DNA of 32,000 nucleotides from Candidatus Odinarchaeota archaeon (GTDB taxonomy: Archaea; Asgardarchaeota; Odinarchaeia; Odinarchaeales; Odinarchaeaceae). The notes beneath the pieces were generated by a model that was given only the letters and a program-made list of their open reading frames with translations, did not search any database and was not told the origin of the DNA. The stretch is taken from positions 1 to 32,000 of the forward strand of contig JAWBON010000004.1 of the NCBI GenBank assembly GCA_038826135.1, in the 5' to 3' direction. The number at the start of each line of letters is the position of its first letter. Positions within the stretch are counted from its first letter, which is position 1. Positions 27,531 to 32,000 of the stretch are shown here, one piece after another. The translations under genes and the position numbers were made by a program.

Positions 27531-27896
27531 ATGCCACTAGGCGTAATAATAATAAAATGGGATAACAAACTAGGCGGAGTAGTGGAGTCAAGGTATCTTA
27601 GGCGAGGGTGGATTCCACCATCGCTTCCAACAACACTGCTTTCAATGCATTTTCCAACCATGAAAATTGATCAGAAAGCAGTAGACTTTGTAACCACTAA
27701 GATCGGTAATGTGAGAGTTTTAAGCTATTTTATAGGTACAAAAGCGAAAAGGTCAGTAGCTCTCATACTAGAAGAAACTGAGGAGCCTGATATTTTCAAG
27801 GATAAAATTATAAAATTTTCTGAAAAAATAAGCAGCGAGTTTGAAAAATGTAATTCGAAAATAGCTAAGTATTACGGGGAAGTTTTTGAAAAATAA
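27531..27896 (+). CDS. Stand-alone longin/uDENN-like domain protein
   Basis: MPLGVIIIKWDNKLGGVVESRY...SMH...DFV...VLSYF...VALILEETEEPDIF resembles a pattern I associate with Asgard longin-like proteins. Confidence 0.55.
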   Translation: MPLGVIIIKWDNKLGGVVESRYLRRGWIPPSLPTTLLSMHFPTMKIDQKAVDFVTTKIGNVRVLSYFIGTKAKRSVALILEETEEPDIFKDKIIKFSEKISSEFEKCNSKIAKYYGEVFEK

Positions 27897-28558
27897 TTAT
27901 TATTTATGAAATCTATCTTCCCCTGAAGCTCGTATAAATCGCCTATGACAAGCGGATCCTTTAACAGCTTATTATCCACCCCTCTAATAATTCTAACTGT
28001 TGTTATACCAGCTTTTTCACCAGCCTCCAAATCTATCTCAAGATCCCCTATGAAAACAGCCTCAGATTTTTTAAGATTCAACTGTTCCAGGCACCAGATC
28101 ACCCCCTGAGGCTCAGGCTTAGCGTAATCCTGGTTTTCAGTTCCAAGTACTATAATTGATTCAAAAAAACCTCTAAGATTGAATTCCTCTAATTCAAGTT
28201 CTACAACCCTCCTGGAAGAATTACTTACTAAACCAAGCTTATACTTTAATTTTAACTAGTTTAAAACGCTAACATCTTCGAAAACACTTATTCCACCTGA
28301 TCTTATCAGCTCAAGTCTTAGCTGATAGTCTTTTTCATCAAACCTTCTCCAAAAAACACGTGGATCGCTTATACCCCAGTTTTTAAGCAGCTCCCGGTGT
28401 TTTCTACCGCTATTCCAGAATTCGTTAATAATAACACTGGTTTTTGCCTCCACACCTAATTCCCTTAAAGTATCGATAAGAATTTTATTTAACATAGGTA
28501 TACCAGGGCTTTTAACTAGGGTGCCGTCTAAATCAAAAATCAAACCATGAATCGGCAT
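27872..28558 (-). pseudogene. HAD-family hydrolase interrupted by a single in-frame TAG (28256-28258)
   Basis: Motif I FDLDGTLV, then ...VLN*LKLKYKLGLVSNSS (motif II), KPEP (III), FIGDLEID (IV), all in one frame; the two track ORFs are halves of one gene. Confidence 0.8.
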
Positions 28559-28712
28559 AATCACGAGTCTACCTCAAACAGTTATGTCATCCACAGTTAA
28601 AGCTTCTAACAACACATATTCTCGAATACAACTGTGTTTTACATACTTTAATTTTTTCAAATCAACCCTAAACCTTAGCTTAAATATATTTTCCTATAAA
28701 GTGTTTTAGCCT

Positions 28713-30677
28713 TCAAAACATAATTGTTAAAATCGTGTTTGCTAAACCGCCGATAATTAAAGCGGTTATAATTGTTCCAATAGGGATTATTAACGCATAT
28801 TTTAATCCAAGCTCCCTCCCTATAACTGCAAATGTTGCAAGACATGGAACATATAAGCTTATCACAAGCCCGAACACTACCAGGTTTATCGGTGTTAAAA
28901 CCGTTAATAAGTTTGCTGTTCCAAGAACCTCTATAAGCATAACAGCGGCTAATTCTTTTCTCAAAACCCCGAAGATTAAAACCACACCTGTTATAGCCGG
29001 TAAACCTAGAAGTCCAGTTGTTATAGGAGAGAAAATATTTGAGATAAAAATTAACATATTTAGATAAGTTAAGGCGCCCAGGATGATACTTCCCAGTATT
29101 ATAATAGGTAAAGCAACCGTTAAGAAGTCTTTCATTCTAAGCCATGTTTTCTTTAGAATATTTTTAGCTTGAGGAGCACGGTAGGGTGGAATCTCCATCA
29201 CTAAACCTGTTTTCTCACCTTTTAAAAATCTGTTTAAAATATAACCTGCTAGGAAAACTATTCCAATAAGAAACGCGTATACTAGTATAACAGGCAGTAA
29301 ACCTATATTGGAACCTATTACTGCTAGTATAACTGATGTTCTAGCTGAGCATGGTATTAAAGTTATTATAAATGATGCGATGACACGCTCCCGCTTACTC
29401 GCTAAAATCCTAGTGCTCATAATAGCTGGAACACTGCATCCTAAGCCCATCATAAGCGGTATTACCGATTTACCGTGTAACCCTAGTTTATGCATTACAC
29501 TATCTGTTAGGAAAGCGATCCTTGTAAGATAACCAGTATCTTCTAAAATACCTAAAATTATATAGAAGATGAAAACGTAAGGTAACACTATTGAAAGTGT
29601 GGCTTCAACACCGAGGCTTAAACCGTTTATGAACACTATGTTTACTACATTATTCGAAATTAAATTAGATATATAGTCCACTGCCGGCTTTACTGTAAAC
29701 CCCCACGCTGTTGCGAAAAGCTCTTCTAATAAACCGCCTCCGAATACTAAAAAAGAGAATAAACCGGTTAAAACAATCACCATTATAGGTATCCCAGTTA
29801 ACGGTCTAGTAGTTATTAAATCTAATTTATCTTTGAAACTCTGTTCAGGCTTGTAGGCTTCTTTAACCATACTTGCTATGTGAGTTGCTAACGCATTCCT
29901 CTCTTTAACTATCCTAATCGCTGAACTCTCGCCGTGTTCAGCCTCTATCACTTCAGAGAGTTTATCCGCCTCTCCGTATATAGAAGGGTAGTTTTTCATA
30001 AATTCTTCGAGGATAAGCGGGTCTTTTTCAAGCAGCCTGAGAGCTATCTCTCTTTTAGAGAAGCTTACACTAGCTTCGAATTTACTGTTCTCTAGCGTTT
30101 TTACAAGCGATTCAATTTTTTTCTCAATGTCTTTACCCAGTTTGAACTTTACAGGCTTTAACACAGTTTTACCTTCATAAATTGCTATAACAGTTTTTAT
30201 AAGTTCATCTACACCATACCCTCTTATGGCCACGGTGGGGATGACAGGTACTCCGAGAGCATGCTGCAGTTTGGTGTAATTTATTTTTATCCCTTTCTTC
30301 TCAGCCTCATCAATCATGTTCAAACATACTATAAGCGGTACTCCAAGTTCAAGCAATTCTATTGTAAGAATTAGATTACGCTCAAGGTTTGAAGCGTCAA
30401 CCACATCTATTATTATAGATTTATCTTTCAATTCAAGTATTTTATTCCGTGTAACTGTTTGTTCTATTGAATTAGTGCTTAGAGAATAAATCCCTGGTAG
30501 ATCCAATATTTTAAACTCAAAATTTTTTAGTTTAGAATGCCCTTCCGTGAAGTCTACCGTTGTTCCCGGATAGTTTGAAACCGTGACGCCCATTCCAGTT
30601 ATAGAGTTAAATAGTACAGATTTCCCAGTGTTAGGGTTACCTACTAATAAGATTATAGGTTTAGTCACAGTCTCCAT
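28713..30677 (-). CDS. feoB: Ferrous iron transporter B
   Basis: GNPNTGKS, NYPGTTVD, DLPGIYS, NMID GTPase motifs; LEDTGYLTRIA, GLGCSVPA, CSAR, YVPCLAT membrane motifs. Confidence 0.96.
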   Translation of the reverse strand: METVTKPIILLVGNPNTGKSVLFNSITGMGVTVSNYPGTTVDFTEGHSKLKNFEFKILDLPGIYSLSTNSIEQTVTRNKILELKDKSIIIDVVDASNLERNLILTIELLELGVPLIVCLNMIDEAEKKGIKINYTKLQHALGVPVIPTVAIRGYGVDELIKTVIAIYEGKTVLKPVKFKLGKDIEKKIESLVKTLENSKFEASVSFSKREIALRLLEKDPLILEEFMKNYPSIYGEADKLSEVIEAEHGESSAIRIVKERNALATHIASMVKEAYKPEQSFKDKLDLITTRPLTGIPIMVIVLTGLFSFLVFGGGLLEELFATAWGFTVKPAVDYISNLISNNVVNIVFINGLSLGVEATLSIVLPYVFIFYIILGILEDTGYLTRIAFLTDSVMHKLGLHGKSVIPLMMGLGCSVPAIMSTRILASKRERVIASFIITLIPCSARTSVILAVIGSNIGLLPVILVYAFLIGIVFLAGYILNRFLKGEKTGLVMEIPPYRAPQAKNILKKTWLRMKDFLTVALPIIILGSIILGALTYLNMLIFISNIFSPITTGLLGLPAITGVVLIFGVLRKELAAVMLIEVLGTANLLTVLTPINLVVFGLVISLYVPCLATFAVIGRELGLKYALIIPIGTIITALIIGGLANTILTIMF

Positions 30678-30726
30678 TTCAACCACTCATAGGTCGATAT
30701 AATAGGCAAGGATTCTATGTCATTTT

Positions 30727-31272
30727 CTATATGCGTTTTACAAGTATACGGTGCGTGATGTTCCGGCTTAACGCTACTTCGAAGCCGCTTATTTTCAGAA
30801 TTGTTGTTCCACCGAATTTAGATTTTGTGAGAATCTCTGCTTTTACACCCGGAATTACACCTATGCAAAGCAATTGTTTTTCAATCATGGGATTGCCGGG
30901 CAGTATTTTAACTATTTCAACTTTAGCCGGTGGCTCCAAATCCATAAGTCTGTATATTTGCGCCTCTCCTAAGCGGTTTTCTTTAACATTAATATCGGTT
31001 TTTTCACCTTGAAGGATGGGGTTAATATTTGCCTGATCTTTTATTGCAAGAACTGTAGCCCTGCCTTTATTTGTAAGATGAATTCTCCCCCGCCAGTTTA
31101 TTCTAATTAAATGCATTTCTTCAAGAAGCGTAAGAGTTTTTTGAAATTTTTCTTTATCTTCAAGATTTAAAACTCGTTGAATAGCTTCTAAGCTAACGGT
31201 TTCATCCATGGTTTCAAATCTGTAGATCTCTTTAAGAATATTACAAAGTTCGCTGCTTACAAGTTTATCCAT
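30727..31272 (-). CDS. Winged-helix-FeoA fusion protein
   Basis: N-terminal wHTH (TLTLLEEMHLIRINWRGRIHLTNKGR); C-terminal FeoA SH3-like domain (RLMDLEP...IGVIPG...GGTTILKISGFEVALSR); upstream of feoB. Confidence 0.8.
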   Translation of the reverse strand: MDKLVSSELCNILKEIYRFETMDETVSLEAIQRVLNLEDKEKFQKTLTLLEEMHLIRINWRGRIHLTNKGRATVLAIKDQANINPILQGEKTDINVKENRLGEAQIYRLMDLEPPAKVEIVKILPGNPMIEKQLLCIGVIPGVKAEILTKSKFGGTTILKISGFEVALSRNITHRILVKRI

Positions 31273-31337
31273 AATTATCACGGTGATTTTATTGAGACGG
31301 GGACGGAATATATTTAAATAGTATTAGCTAATAAATA

Positions 31338-31376
31338 TTTCGTATACACGAAAATTTATTATTCGTATAACCAAAT
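31338..31376. promoter_or_regulatory. Tandem palindromic operator candidates between feoAB and the DtxR-type regulator
   Basis: TTTCG-TATACA-CGAAA (31338-31353) and a degenerate copy ATTCG-TATAAC-CAAAT (31361-31376). Confidence 0.6.
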
Positions 31377-31381
31377 AAATG

Positions 31382-32000
31382 ATGGATATGGTTAAAGAGA
31401 GCAACCTCACACATATGGCTGAAGACTATATAACTATAATTTACAGACTTCACGAAAAAAATAACACTCTCGTAAAACTTTCAGAGCTGTCAACATATAT
31501 TAAGAGCTCACCGAGCACAATCACAGAAATGATTCAAAGACTAGCCGCTAAAAAATACTTAGAATACGAGCCTTTTAAAGGAGTTAAACTCTCTAAAAAA
31601 GGAGTAGAATTAGCTGAAAAAATATTGAGAAGACATAGGATAGTGGAGAGATTCTTAACAGATATTTTAGATGTAAGCCCGGCAGAAGCACATATTGAGG
31701 CATGTAAACTGGAACATACAATCTCCCCCATTATTGAGGAGCGATTATACACTGTATTAAAAAATCCTGTATCCTGCCCTCACGGAAACGAAATAGATGC
31801 TAGGATGAAAATAAGCTGTGTAATAAATATGTTCGAATTAAAAATAAATGAGAAAGCTATTATAAAGAAACTGGTTGATGAACGGGAGGAGATTTTAAAT
31901 TCAATATATTTTTTAGGTTTAAAAATAGGCTCAGCTTTTACAGTTTCACAAAAAGATTCTGAGAGGATTCTAATAGATTTGGAGGAAAAGGGGCCGACCC
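31382..32000 (+). CDS. DtxR/MntR-family metal-dependent regulator with FeoA domain, 3' end outside the window
   Basis: Manual translation: AEDYITIIYRL...PSTITEMIQRL...YEPFKGVKLSKKG...ILRRHRIVERFL...EACKLEH...NPVSCPHGNEI, then a FeoA-like region. Absent from the ORF track (no stop in window). Confidence 0.93.
   Translation, partial: MDMVKESNLTHMAEDYITIIYRLHEKNNTLVKLSELSTYIKSSPSTITEMIQRLAAKKYLEYEPFKGVKLSKKGVELAEKILRRHRIVERFLTDILDVSPAEAHIEACKLEHTISPIIEERLYTVLKNPVSCPHGNEIDARMKISCVINMFELKINEKAIIKKLVDEREEILNSIYFLGLKIGSAFTVSQKDSERILIDLEEKGPT

Noticed and set aside
28574-28660. 28-codon TTG ORF between feoB and the HAD gene (possible FeoC-like peptide)
   Set aside because: Only one Cys, no hydrophobic or conserved pattern; length compatible with chance.
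1-32000. Genome-wide TAG reassignment
   Set aside because: Several intact genes terminate at TAG at expected lengths; only one internal TAG was found.

Overview
AT-rich archaeal chromosomal window, most likely an Asgard archaeon. Evidence: TBP, Rpo6, thermosome and L35Ae, plus eukaryotic-signature-like proteins (ARPC4-like, longin and DENN-like domains). An Odinarchaeia-like source is a guess from composition and gene content. About 34 CDS cover housekeeping, metabolic (hxlB, metE, leuA), transport (ABC, TauE, CorA, FeoAB with a DtxR-type regulator) and envelope functions (PelF/PelG-like pair, surface glycoprotein). I saw no rRNA, tRNA, CRISPR array or mobile element. Main observations: (1) leuA has no in-frame start for its conserved N-terminus and is entered from a 9-codon ORF ending UUU-CUC-CUU-UGA (Phe-Leu-Leu-stop) in the frame requiring a +1 shift, a candidate leucine-sensing frameshift; (2) an ARPC4-like domain fused to a V4R-like domain and metal-binding motifs; (3) a Pel-like polysaccharide locus; (4) a longin/DENN-PAC2-SCP2-longin cluster; (5) a HAD gene with one in-frame TAG; (6) an HhH-L35Ae fusion. 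All family calls come from motif recognition by eye, without database searches.
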